Of a stretch of DNA of 64,000 nt, positions 24,544 through 35,974 are shown in pieces; the stretch's first letter is position 1, and each line of letters begins with the position of its first letter. Source of the DNA: Podarcis muralis (taxonomy: Eukaryota); assembly GCF_964188315.1 (NCBI RefSeq), contig NC_135667.1:13144001-13208000 (forward strand), given 5' to 3'. The notes under the pieces are model-generated. The model had not been told where the DNA came from. It saw only the letters and a program-made list of their open reading frames with translations, and ran no database searches. The translations under genes were made by a program, and so were the position numbers.

Positions 24544-25494
24544 TCACGTCTCTACCTTCCCATCAGAAATTGTTTCCTTCCCTGTCAGCTTCCTTATTGC
24601 TGACTTCACATCTTTGTTTCTCAGAGTGTAGATTAACGGATTCAGCATAGGGGTGATGAGATTGATATTGTAAAGAACATGGGTCAGCTTGTCTACTGTG
24701 ATAGCAGATAAAGGCTCGGTGTAGATAAAGATGCAGGGTCCAAAGAACAATGTTACCACAATTAGGTGGGAGGCACAGACATTGAGGGCTTTGCGTCGTC
24801 CCTCGGGAGAGCGGATCCTCACCAGGATGGTTGCATAGGAGATCACCAAAAGGACAAAGCAGCTGGCTGAAATGAGGCCGCTGTTGGAGACTATGAGAAG
24901 CTCAGTGACGTAGGTGTCAGTGCAGGCCAGCTTGATGACCGGTGGGACATCACAGAAGAAGTTGTTCAGTTGGTTGGGCCCACAGTAGGGAAGGCCTACA
25001 GTGAGGAGTAATTGAACCATGGAGTGGATGAAGCCTCCAGTCCAAGAGGCTGCCACCAGCCAGCTACAGAGCTCCCTGTTCATGATATTGGGATAGTGCA
25101 GAGGCTTGCAAATGGCCACATACCTGTCATAGGCCATGACAGTGAGGAGGAACATCTCAGCAGCAGCCAAGAGATGGAGGAAAAAGAGCTGGGCCATACA
25201 GGCTTCAAAGGAGATGCTCTTCTTCTCAGACAAAAAGTCCACCAACATCTTAGGGGTTGTGACATGGGAGTAGCAAAGGTCTAGAAATGAGAGGTTCCCG
25301 AGCAGAAAGTACATGGGTGTTCTCAGTCGAGGGTCTGAGGTCACTGTCAGCATGATCAGGCTGTTTCCTACTAGGGTGGCTGCATAGACTAGGAGGAAGA
25401 ACACAAAGAGGGTGACTTGGGACTGCCATGTTGGAGAAAGGGCCACAAAGAGGAATTCATTGACTCTGGTGTAGTTTCCTTTCAGATGATCCAT
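24544..25494 (-). CDS. Olfactory receptor, OR4Q2-like paralogue 2, 316 aa from MDHLKGNYT
   Basis: Intact ORF highly similar to 14337-15281. True ATG at 25494 follows acceptor cttttgcag (AG 25501-25500). Carries a 2-aa insertion in TM7. Confidence 0.92.
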   Translation of the reverse strand: MDHLKGNYTRVNEFLFVALSPTWQSQVTLFVFFLLVYAATLVGNSLIMLTVTSDPRLRTPMYFLLGNLSFLDLCYSHVTTPKMLVDFLSEKKSISFEACMAQLFFLHLLAAAEMFLLTVMAYDRYVAICKPLHYPNIMNRELCSWLVAASWTGGFIHSMVQLLLTVGLPYCGPNQLNNFFCDVPPVIKLACTDTYVTELLIVSNSGLISASCFVLLVISYATILVRIRSPEGRRKALNVCASHLIVVTLFFGPCIFIYTEPLSAITVDKLTHVLYNINLITPMLNPLIYTLRNKDVKSAIRKLTGKETISDGKVET

Positions 25495-25654
25495 TTTGCC
25501 TGCAAAAGTGGAAAGAAGCATTTTTAATTATTTGTTTATTTAATAAGAATATTGATAAGTGGCCAATTCATTAAAGCAGATCATTGGGGTGCAAAATAAA
25601 ATAATGAAAACCTTATAAAATTGGCTGCTTGGGGGGGAATGGCAAGGGATAACC

Positions 25655-25700
<46 letters not shown>
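25655..25700 (+). repeat. (AACT)n microsatellite
   Basis: Direct reading. Confidence 0.95.
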
Positions 25701-26279
25701 ATAAATGTTGTATCCAATGCTATTCATACTTAGAGTAGATCCATTCTAGTGAATGGCCCATCATTTTCATTGGCTCTACCCTGAATAGGACTACCATTGA
25801 ATTCAACCCTAAATCACAAAACATGGATCAGATTATCCAGACTGAATCTAATCAATCCTCTAAAAGTGCTTGGCGAAACTAAAAATATTAACAACAGATG
25901 GCCAAGTAACCACTACCATAAAAACTTTCAGTTGGTACAGAAAATAAATCAACAGGAGATAACTGTGGGACAGTCAGAAAGGCTTGGCCAAGTGATTATA
26001 CTGATCTAACCTGCACACTAGGGAAAATTTGGTCCTTTGAGTAACCTGGACCCAGGTTGTTTAAGCACTTTATTCACTAATGATAATACTGTTACCTCCA
26101 AGGGGCTTTTTAAAGTGTGCAGTTGGACCTAGAATGTGGATGGCATATACGCAACTTAAATCAGGGTAGAATGTTCATACTGAAAACAAACTGTCCAAAA
26201 CACCTTCGTATTTCTGGCCGCAACCTCCTCTTCTTCACCATCTTCAGGCTGGTAACATTTTGCCCCATCCTTATAAATA

Positions 26280-26521
26280 CGGTGGTACCTCAGGTTACAT
26301 ATGCTCCAGGTTACATATGCTTCAGGTTACAGACTCCGCTAACCCAGAAATAGTGCTTCAGGTTAAGAACTTTGCTTCAGAATGAGAACAGAAATTGTGC
26401 TCCGGTGGCGCGGTGGCAGCAGGAGGCCCCATTAGCTAAAGTGGTGCTTCAGGTTAAGAACAGTTTCAGGTTAAGCACAGACTTCTGGAACGAATTCAGT
26501 ACTTAACCCGAGGTAGCACTG
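26280..26521. mobile_element. Tc1/mariner (Tigger-like) MITE; copies at 9544-9630 (half), 50366-50599, 53020-53245 and 57501-57720
   Basis: TIR CAGTGGTACCTC...GAGGTACCACTG with TA target sites and internal ggttaagaac repeats. Confidence 0.88.
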
Positions 26522-27479
26522 TATACTGTATAGGTGACTGGAGACATTTACTGGTGTAAGCTTTTGGACACTGACAGCAATTGCCTGGGACTGCCAACTT
26601 TCACAGCTTGAATGTCAATAGCAACAATATTTTAGGTATACAGTGTAATATCTCTCTGTCTGTCCATTCAACCATTTTACATATCTGGTCTCCAGAATGT
26701 CAAGGTGAACACAGAATATACAAGGTGTAGGAATCAGTAAAACTGTCAATTTCATTTCAGCAATTTCCCATTTTTGCAGCATCCAGTTCACTACATTTCT
26801 ATATCAGTTTGAGGGGATGCAAAAAAATAATATACATTTGGGGGTGTCAAATGTGGCCTCATAAAGGCCTCTTATTATGAAAGATTACCAAGGTCTGCCC
26901 CTCCACAATTGGCTAGGGAACTACAAAGTCAAGTTTTACAAAATGCCAATAAACCTCTAGTAACTTCCAATACAAACTAGATCTAGTTAAGCACTATATC
27001 CCTGGAACTACTCAGCGCTTTAAACAGGATGAGTGTAACAAGTTCTGTTTTCTTTATTTACATATTCATAAACAGCACTTGCATACACAATATCATAAGG
27101 TGGTATATAGTCTAATTAATACCATAAAACCAATAAACGCATCAATAAGAGCCAAGACACTGCTTGTCATGAGTTCACTAGCACAGCAAGGAACTGCTCT
27201 AAGCACCCTTATAGATAGCCTAACACAATTAGTAGTGGGATGCCTTCTTCATTAGATTTTACCAGCATATTCAAGTCCTTAAATGAAATAGAAAGCTCTT
27301 CTAATGATCACCTACGCTGGCAGTGGGTATCATTTAGCACTCTCCTAACGAAGCAGTTTTTAAGGTATCTTCAGTAACTCTAGCAAACATGATTAACACC
27401 ACAGTCCTAGAAAAGTGTGCACTGGAATGCAAACTTTATGTCATAAAATTATACCTTGCCTTTTGAGGACCCTGGTAGT

Positions 27480-29410
27480 TCTGCACATCAGGACATTTTA
27501 AAATTCTATCCATATTGAACATTGGGGGTGGGGGATGGGAATAAGAGAGAGCTAATGAAACCAATAAAACTGCCACATAATACCTTATTAGTCCTGACAA
27601 ATGTCAAATGTCTCCTTTAATAAGGTGATTGGGAGATTGCTATCAATAGCTGGCTTTTTGTGTGGTCCAAGGAATATCTAAGAGTAAGATCTCTTTCTGG
27701 GCCCTTTCAGGGTGTCATCATCTTCAGGTAGGATTCAGTTACTTTATGGCCAATTCAGATTGTACATTTACAGTTGTTTGGGAAATTATGCACTCTAGAC
27801 ATGCTTCCCCCCAAATATTTAACTTTTTTTCTGATAAGAAAAATGCAGAGGGAAGTATGTGCCAACACTTCCTTGATGCAATGTTGCCTAACCAAATTAC
27901 AAATGAATTGGGCTGACTGCTCAATAAACAGGTCTTCTGCAAGTGCCCAGAAGCTCTGCTCCCCACCCTAGCTAAGAATTGTGCAATTGAGATGCCTACC
28001 TAAGAGGAGAAACTGCAGTTGGAGGGGGGAAACATACACAGAGAGAAGGCAAGAGATGAATTTGGGACTCGGGGGTTATCAGGATTTGGGGGGTACTGGA
28101 TTGCTCCCCGCGAACCTGATGTTGGAGGGTGCAGTGGTCCTTGACAGTCTATTAGGGTGTTTAAGCTATTCCAGCACCTATGCTCAGCTTGTATTTTTGC
28201 AGATAAACACACATATTACAAAATGCCAATAAGCTTCCAGAGATCTCCCTCCAACAGGAACCAGACCCAGGCAACCTGGTTCAAGAGGCTGGGCAGACTT
28301 TTGAAATACACATACTTGCAGAAAGAGGATTAAACCCAATCCCAGAAAGAAGAAAATAGGAGAATCACAGACCCTTCTTTCGAATTGTCTTCTGCTCCGT
28401 ATGAGGACTTATTGTCTCAGTTTGATTCAACTGTGTCTGCCTCAACAATCTTGGGGACTGGATGTGGTGTGTGAGATGAAGCAGCCAGAAGGTTGCTCTC
28501 CACCCAGCCCCAGCATTATCACCACCACCACCATTATCCTTTATTATTTGGCTCCCCCCCCCCCCCCGAAATGTGACCCAGAGCAACTTTGAAATGAAAC
28601 AACCACGTGCCACCTCAAGTGATTGCCTCACTTTGCCCTGCTTCTCTATTTGACAAGCATCACAAGACAATTGAGAGAATTATGGAATAATCACAAAATG
28701 CAAAATCTCCCCCTAAAATCTCTCAACCCCAAAGCATCTATCATCACTAATCCTATAACAGAGAATTAGAACAGGGCTGTCAATTGGATGCCGCCCAGGG
28801 TTTATTCAACCCTAGCTCCATTCAGTCCCAGGCAACATGCTCAAGGATAATGGTAGCTGTGGTCCAGAAACATCTGGAGAACACATTAGCTAGCTGTGAA
28901 TTACAAGACAAGTTCTAACCCTTTTTTTGCAAGCTAGTCTGTGTCTGAAGGAGGGAAATTGGTTAGCAAATTTATATCAGGTCTACCCCATCAGCCCTGT
29001 GTGTCTCACTTGCACTCTCTTCCTTACTCACTCTGAGGTTGCACAGGGAACATCTCTTCACAGCTAATCAAATCTTGGAGTGTGAAGTGAGAAGTGGCCT
29101 TGCGGTGTCACTCAATGACTTTGAAAGCTGGCAAATGGGAACAATGAAAAGTCTTATTTAATTATCTCTTTGAGTCTTGGCACATATGTGTAGGCATTAA
29201 GGAGCTGGTGAGTGTGGTTGCAAAGGGAGTTTCTTTCCAAAGTTACTGCTCTGGTATTCCCAGTGAGAGAAGGGCAGTAAACTTTGAGAACTTGCAAAGG
29301 AAATTCTTCCTCAACCCAGTTTTCCTTTAATCTTCACTTAGCAAGTCCATTAGAATGGATTTGTACATTGCAACCACCTTCTTGCTTTATAAATCTGAAA
29401 GCAATCTACA
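27480..29410 (-). promoter_or_regulatory. Upstream module copy 2 (donor GTAAGG 29027-29022)
   Basis: Colinear with copy 1; CAAAGGGAGTTT at 29221-32. Confidence 0.55.
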
Positions 29411-29919
29411 GTGTTGCAACACCTGTGTTCACGGTGCTTTGCAGTATTGAATAGACCAAGACTCTGCCTACAGAGTGGTGTGGTGTAGTGGTTAAGAGCG
29501 GTAGACTCATAATCTGGTGAACCGGGTTCGTGTCTCCGCTCCTCCACATGCAGCTGCTGGGTGACCTTGGGCTAGTCACACTTCTTTGAAGTCTCTCAGC
29601 CCCACTCACCTCACAGAGTGTTTGTTGTGGGGGAGGAAGGGAAAGGAGAATGTTAGCCGCTGTGTTTTTTATTCTTTTGCTTTTGAATTGTTTTTATTTT
29701 GTAAAATAATTTTACTGTATTGTTCGTATTTTAAATTATCATAAACCACTATGATAGATTTCTATGATACAACAGTATAGAAATATATTTATAACAAAAT
29801 AAAATAAATCTTCATTTTATAATACTTGTCTTTATTTACAAATATACAGGTTGAGCAAATATGAAGGGGCAGTTAAAATATGCATGCCTATGGATAGGAC
29901 TTACTTCTGAGCAGACATG

Positions 29920-31803
29920 CATGGGATTGCACTGTCAGTCTAGATCAAATTTGGTGTGCTCAATGGGGCTTGGACTAGGGAAATGGTAGACTGAGTTGCA
30001 TCCTTTATGTACCAGGATTTGCTTTAACTTTTGAGAGCATCGGTAGTTCTGCATTACGAAATTTTAATATTTATCTATATTGTACACTGGGGGGTTGTGG
30101 TGCTGGCTGGACATGAGACGGTTGGTGGAACCAGGAAAAGCTGTTGGATAAAGCCTTATCAGTCCTGAAAAAAATGCCAAATGTCTCATTTGACTGTGGA
30201 GAGGTGTGTCTGTGGCTGCTTGCTATCAATAGCTGCCTCTTTGAATGGCCAAGAAGTAAAATCTCTCTTTGGGCGCTAGTAGAATATCACCATCTTCAGG
30301 TAGGGTTCAATCACATGCCAGCAAATTCAGGTTGTGCATTTACAGGTGATTAGGATGTCTTGTGCAACAAACATGCCTCCAAAAAATATTGCACTTTCGT
30401 GCTATGGGACAGACAAAAGTATGAATTAACACTTCCTTGATGCACTGTTACCTAACCTCCCCTCGAATAAATCATGTGGGCTCACACTCTCTACTCTCCA
30501 ACACAGCTAAGAATGGTGAAAACAATCTGTCTGAGAAAAGAAACTGCAGTTGGTGAAAGAAAGAAGGGGGGACAGACAGAGGGACAGAGAAATGACTTTG
30601 GGGCTCCGGGATTTAACAGTGATTGAGGTGCTGGACAGCTCCCTAGGACCTGACAGAGGTGCATTGGACCTGGACAGTCTGGGGGAATATTTAGGCCACA
30701 GCTTCACCTGCACTTAGCCTGAATATTTCTGAATAAACACATATATTGGAAAAATGTCAGCAAGCCTCTAGAGATCGCCTTCCAAATTGGACCAGATGCA
30801 GGCAATCTGGTTTAACAGGTTGCGTAGGATTTTCAAATATATAAGCATGCAAAAAAGAATGAAAGAATCCCAGAAGAATGAAAAAGGACAAACAGAGATT
30901 CCTCTGTCAGCTTCCTATAAATACTTTTCATTCCAGTTTGGTTTACTTTTGTCTGCCTCAACAATCTTGGAGAATGTCTGTGGTGTGTCAGAGGAAAACC
31001 AGAGAGCTGCTGCCTCATAGCAGTAATATTATCACCACCATCACAAGTATCTTTAATTAGCTGCTTTTTTCACAAAACCTAACCCAAAGCAAGTTATAAA
31101 ATGGTACCAACATGTGCCACTGATGGTGAATGCCTCACTTTGCCCAATGGTAGTGCCAGCCCTGCTTTTGTGCTTGATAAGGACTGCTAGACAACTGAAG
31201 GAATTATGGAACAATCACAAGATGCAGAATCCCCCTCCTTAAAATCTCTCAACCCAAAAGTAGCTATAGTCACAAATCCTATAATAGAGAATTGGTGGCA
31301 GCCAGTGGGATGCTGCCCAAGGGTTATTCATCCCCAGCTCCAATCAATCCCACACAGCATGGTCAATAGTGATGGGAGTTGTAGTTCGTAAATATCTGGA
31401 AGACACCTATCTGTGAATTACAAGACGGATTGTAACCTTTTTTGCAGCCTAGTTTGTGTTTTAAGGGGGGAAATTGCTCAGTGAATTTAGATCATGTCTA
31501 CCCCATCAGCCCTGCCCATCTCACTTGTTCTCTTCTTACTCACTCTGAGGTTGCATGGGGAACAACTCTCCACAGCCACTAAGATCTTGCACTGGGGAGT
31601 GGGAAGTGGCATCCCAGTGTCACCCAATGCCTTTGAAAGTCAGCAAGTGATAATAATGAAAAGACTTCCTGATTTATCTTGGCAGGACAAACTGATGTGC
31701 TGAGTATGGCGGAGCTGAATGATTGTGACTGCAAAGGGAGTTTCTTGCCAAAGTTACTGCTCTGATGTCTCCAGTGAGGGAAAGAATTTGAGAATTTGTA
31801 AAG
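29920..31803 (-). promoter_or_regulatory. Upstream module copy 3, with no coding exon of its own (donor GTAAGA 31539-31534)
   Basis: Colinear with copies 1 and 2; CAAAGGGAGTTT at 31732-43; distal end disrupted by the tRNA/SINE insertions. Confidence 0.5.
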
Positions 31804-31805
31804 GT

Positions 31806-31867
31806 TGTAATGGTTAGCACTCTGGACTCTGAATCCAGCAATCCAAGTTCAAATCTCGGTGGAACCT
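31806..31867 (+). pseudogene. tRNA-Gln(CTG)-derived copy lacking the 5' acceptor strand
   Basis: tgtaatggttagcactctggactctgaatccagcaatccaagttcaaatctcggtggaacct matches the vertebrate tRNA-Gln-CTG body except two G>A changes at CpGs. The 5' GGTTCCATGG is missing or partly deleted. Confidence 0.85.
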
Positions 31868-31883
31868 GCTCCTTAGTTTTTAA

Positions 31884-32222
31884 GGGTCTAAACCACAGAG
31901 CCTAGGGCTTGCAGATCAGAAGGTCAGTGGTTCGAATCCCCACGACAGGTTGAGCTCCCGTTGCTTGGTCCCTGCTCCTGCCAACCTAGCAGTTCAAAAG
32001 CACATCAAAGTGCAAGTAAATAAATAGGTACCGCTTTGGCAGGAAGGTAAACGGCATTTCCGTGCACTGCTTTGGTTTGCCAGAAGTGGCTTAGTCATGC
32101 TGGCCACATGACCTAGAAGCTGTACGCCGGCTCCCTCAGCCAATAAAGCGAGATGAGCGCCGTAACCCCAGAGTCGGCCACGACTGGACCTAATAGTCAG
32201 GGGTCCCTTTACCTTTACCTTT
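31884..32222 (+). mobile_element. Sauria SINE lacking its 5' head, fused downstream of the tRNA-Gln copy
   Basis: Starts at ggtctaaaccacagagcctaggg and ends ccctttacctttacctt. Confidence 0.92.
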
Positions 32223-32249
32223 TATGTGCCATAGGATGGATTTGTGAGG

Positions 32250-32612
32250 GGGGACGCGGGTGGCGCTGTGGGTAAAAGCCTCAGTGCCTAGGACTTGCCG
32301 ATCGAAAGGTCGGCGGTTCGAATCCCTGCGGCGGGGTGTGCTCCCGTTGCTCGGTCCCAGCGCCTGCCAACCTATCAGTTCGAAAGCACTCCTGGGTGCA
32401 AGTAGATAAATAGGGACCGCTTACTGGCGGGAAGGTAAACGGCGTTTCCGTGTGCTGCGCTGGCTTGCCAGATGCAGCTTGTCACGCTGGCCATGTGACC
32501 CGGAAGTGTCTGCGGACAGCGCTGGCCCCCGGCCTCTTGAGTGAGATGGGCGCACAACCCTAGAGTCGGACACGACTGGCCCGTACGGGCAGGGGGTACC
32601 TTTACCTTTACC
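32250..32612 (+). mobile_element. Sauria SINE, full length
   Basis: gggacgcgggtggcgctgtgg head; TSD taggatggatttgt (32232-45, 32613-26). Confidence 0.95.
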
Positions 32613-33575
32613 TAGGATGGATTTGTACTTTGTAAGCGCCTTCTTGATTTAAAAATTTGAAGGGAATTGATGTTGTTGCACCATAATTGTCCACAGTACT
32701 TTACAACATGAAAGAGAAAAGAGCTCTGCTTTCAAGGATCTTACAGTTTAAAAGAAGGAAGGGTAGAGAGAGATAAACAGGGAAAGAGCATGTAAATGAT
32801 TTAGTAGCACCTGCTTGGATTTGGCTACAGGATAGGTGACAGAAGGGTATGGGGATCTAAGGGGTTCACAGAAAGTGACTGCTAGTTTCCCCTTCCATGT
32901 TCAGAATAGGCAATCTGGATCAGAACCATAGTGTGGGGAGAAAGGGTTAAAGAACATGCATGTCATGTCCCCAAAATAATTGGAGTAGGGCGGTTGTTTA
33001 GAAATAATTACTTTGGTAGTGTCAATGAAATATGTTTTTGGACTCAAGAGTGTTCCCAGTTCTGCAACTTAAAATATCACACTATCAGGTTTATTGAATG
33101 TTATATATCAAAAACTGATATTTTTGTTTAATACACATACTAAGTTTATTTAATTACAGGTTATATTCACATGCATTTAACCTCTTTTTTATTTGATTGC
33201 CAATGATATCTACATTACAGTCAGGCAGTAATAATAGGGATTTGACCAGAAGCTAGCAGGGCTTTTGCATAGGAAATGAAAACCATAGTGCTATAATAAT
33301 GGTTTTTAAAAATGAAGCCTCCTTACTGATAAAGGACTTGCTGATTAAGCCTGTAGGTTCTTATTTTTCTTGTTGTTAATTAGATTTCTTACTAACTCCT
33401 CAGCATTAAAAAAGAATATGATGGGTACTTAATTCATATTTCAAATGTGCCAAAGCACATTTTTTAAAAGATCAGTCCAATTTTTATCAAAAATGGTCGC
33501 TTTCAACACTCTCCAATTACATGCTACACCCAACTATGCTGCTGTGAAGGTCTCTATAAGCAATAATCCAGGGAA

Positions 33576-34526
33576 TCACATGTCTACCTTCCCATCAGAA
33601 ATTGTTTCCTTCCCTGTCAGCTTCCTTATGGCTGACTTAACATCTTTGTTTCTCAGAGTGTAGATCAATGGATTCAGCATGGGGGTGATGATATTGATAT
33701 TGTACAGGACAGGGGTCAGCTTGTCTACTGAGATAGTGGATAAGGGACCACCGTAGATAAAGATGCAAGGACCAAAGAACAATGTCACCACCATTAGGTG
33801 AGAGGCACAGACATTGAGGGCTTTGCGCCGTCCCTCAGGGGAGCGGATCCTCACCAGGATGGTGGCATAGGAAGCCACCAAGATGACAAAGCAGCTGATT
33901 GAGATGAGGCCACTGTTGGAGACTATGAGGAGTTCAGTGACGTAGGTATCAGTGCAGGCCAGCTTGATAACCGGTGGGACATCACAGAAGAAGTTGTCCA
34001 GTTGGTTGGGCCCACAATAGGGAAGCCCTATAGTGAGAACTAACTGGACTATGGAGTGGATGAAGCCCCCAGTCCAAGAGGCTGCCACCAGCCAGCTACA
34101 AAGCTGCCTGTTCATGATATTGGGATAGTGCAGAGGCTTGCAAATAGCCACATACCGGTCATAGGCCATGATGGTGAGAAGGAACATCTCGGTTGCACCC
34201 ACAAAATGGAGGAAAAAGAGCTGGGCCATGCAGGCATCAAAGGAGATGCTCTTCTTCTTGGACAAAAGGTCCACTAGAATTTTAGGGGTTGTGACTGTGG
34301 AGTAGCAAAGGTCCACGAAGGAGAGGTTCCCCAGCAGGAAGTACATAGGTGTTTGCAGTCGAAGGTCAGAAGTCACTGTCAGCATGATAAGACTATTTCC
34401 TACTATGGTAGATGCGTAAACCAGGAGGAAGACCGCAAAGAGGATGGCTTGGGACTCCCATGTGGGGGATATGGCCATCAAAAGGAATTCATTTATTCTT
34501 GTGTTGTTTTCTTTTAGGTGCCCCAT
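33576..34526 (-). CDS. Olfactory receptor, OR4Q2-like paralogue 3, 316 aa
   Basis: Intact ORF with OR motifs. Acceptor ccccttttacag (AG 34533-34532) just upstream of the ATG. Same TM7 insertion as paralogue 2. Confidence 0.92.
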   Translation of the reverse strand: MGHLKENNTRINEFLLMAISPTWESQAILFAVFLLVYASTIVGNSLIMLTVTSDLRLQTPMYFLLGNLSFVDLCYSTVTTPKILVDLLSKKKSISFDACMAQLFFLHFVGATEMFLLTIMAYDRYVAICKPLHYPNIMNRQLCSWLVAASWTGGFIHSIVQLVLTIGLPYCGPNQLDNFFCDVPPVIKLACTDTYVTELLIVSNSGLISISCFVILVASYATILVRIRSPEGRRKALNVCASHLMVVTLFFGPCIFIYGGPLSTISVDKLTPVLYNINIITPMLNPLIYTLRNKDVKSAIRKLTGKETISDGKVDM

Positions 34527-35002
34527 TTAGCCTGTAAAAGGGGGGAACAAACAGATTTTTTAATTCATTCATTCAAAAATATTTTCTAAGCTGCCTGCTC
34601 ATTGAAGAAATCATCTTTGTGTGCTATAAAATTGCTAAAACGTCATAAAATAGGTTCCTTTGGGAGATAGGACAGGGAACAAGTAAGTAAACCAAAGCTA
34701 AACCAAATGTTTTTCCGTTTCAGAGTAAACCAATTAAAATGAATGAACATGACTAGCTTTCATTTGCTTCTAAGTGAAGGGGGTAGTTTTGATTCACTTC
34801 TCTATGCATGAAACATTTATTCCAGAACTGATCTTCTGCATAGCTTTTTCTGGAAGATGTTTGAATAGAATATAGTGTTAAAAAGCCAGGGATTTTTTTC
34901 TGGGGATACTCAAGGTTATGCAGTACTGACACCTTTCTTTCTAGAAGAAAAGCACTGTTTAAAACCACCACTTTATTCCACATTCCTTTATCCCTTATTT
35001 AC

Positions 35003-35016
35003 TCAAACCTCTGTTG

Positions 35017-35055
<39 letters not shown>
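35003..35055 (+). repeat. (GTT)n(GCT)n compound microsatellite
   Basis: Direct reading. Confidence 0.95.
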
Positions 35056-35974
35056 AAAACTGTATTTTTTTTTCTGTGTCCCTTCCTTCCCATTTTGCTC
35101 AGACCATTTCCATCATTTAAAACTGCTATTTTCTGTTCTGTGTCTCCTCACCACTGCTTTGCACAAACTTCTGCTGTTATAGAATCAAAGAATTATAGAA
35201 CTGTAGAGCTGGAAGGGACTGAGGGAATCATCTAGTCCAATGAATTTCCAATGAAGAAGAGTGAAAATTGATGTTTTAAACTTTTCCCTCTTCCATTTCT
35301 CAGTTGCCTCGTGTGGGAAAGATAAAGGATACAAGGCCCTCTAATATTCCATTGTATCTACTGCCATCACTCCTGGTACCATTTGTTGTCTTTAACATGA
35401 GGTTCTAGATTCAATGTGGTAATTTAGAAAGGATATTTTAAACATCCATATGTGCACAACATCCATCAACTGAACTTAGGATTCTCTATCTGAATAAACA
35501 AAGTGACAGCTTGCTCTTAAGATTCTCATATTAAAGATGAGCAACATATATCAGTATGGGTTGTATACACAAAGGGGGCTGCAGAACAGAAGAAGGTATG
35601 GAAATGATGGTGATCACACAGAAAGGGAGAACTAGGAAGAGAACGGAGAAGGGTGGAGAGATTAAAAAAAAGAGTGAAGCTGAAAATGGAAGTGGAAAGG
35701 GGGGTTGCCAACGCCCCCCCCCCCAAAAAAAAACCCCAGAATGAGTAGGAGGAATGGGAATGAGGTTGAATATGAAAGCACTGGCATAGAAAGGTATACA
35801 GCATGGGAGTTGGGCAGAATGTGAAAACAGTGCTTAGATGTTGAAGTCTTTGGGAGGGGGAAGATACAAGAGGTAAATGCAGTGGTTTGTGTGCAAGAGA
35901 GGTTGTAGAAAATGTGAGGCAGGCATGAGGTGAAGGTGAAAACAGCGGAGCAAAGCATTTTGTGCTTACAGGAA

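Noticed and set aside
26280-26521. Short internal repeats (ggttaagaac, caggttac) resembling a spaced array
   Set aside because: Internal repeats of a Tc1/mariner MITE found five times in the window; not CRISPR-like and in a vertebrate context.
35560-35960. Purine-rich stretch upstream of OR4Q2-like paralogue 3
   Set aside because: Low-complexity sequence; could not be assigned to a TE or gene with any support.
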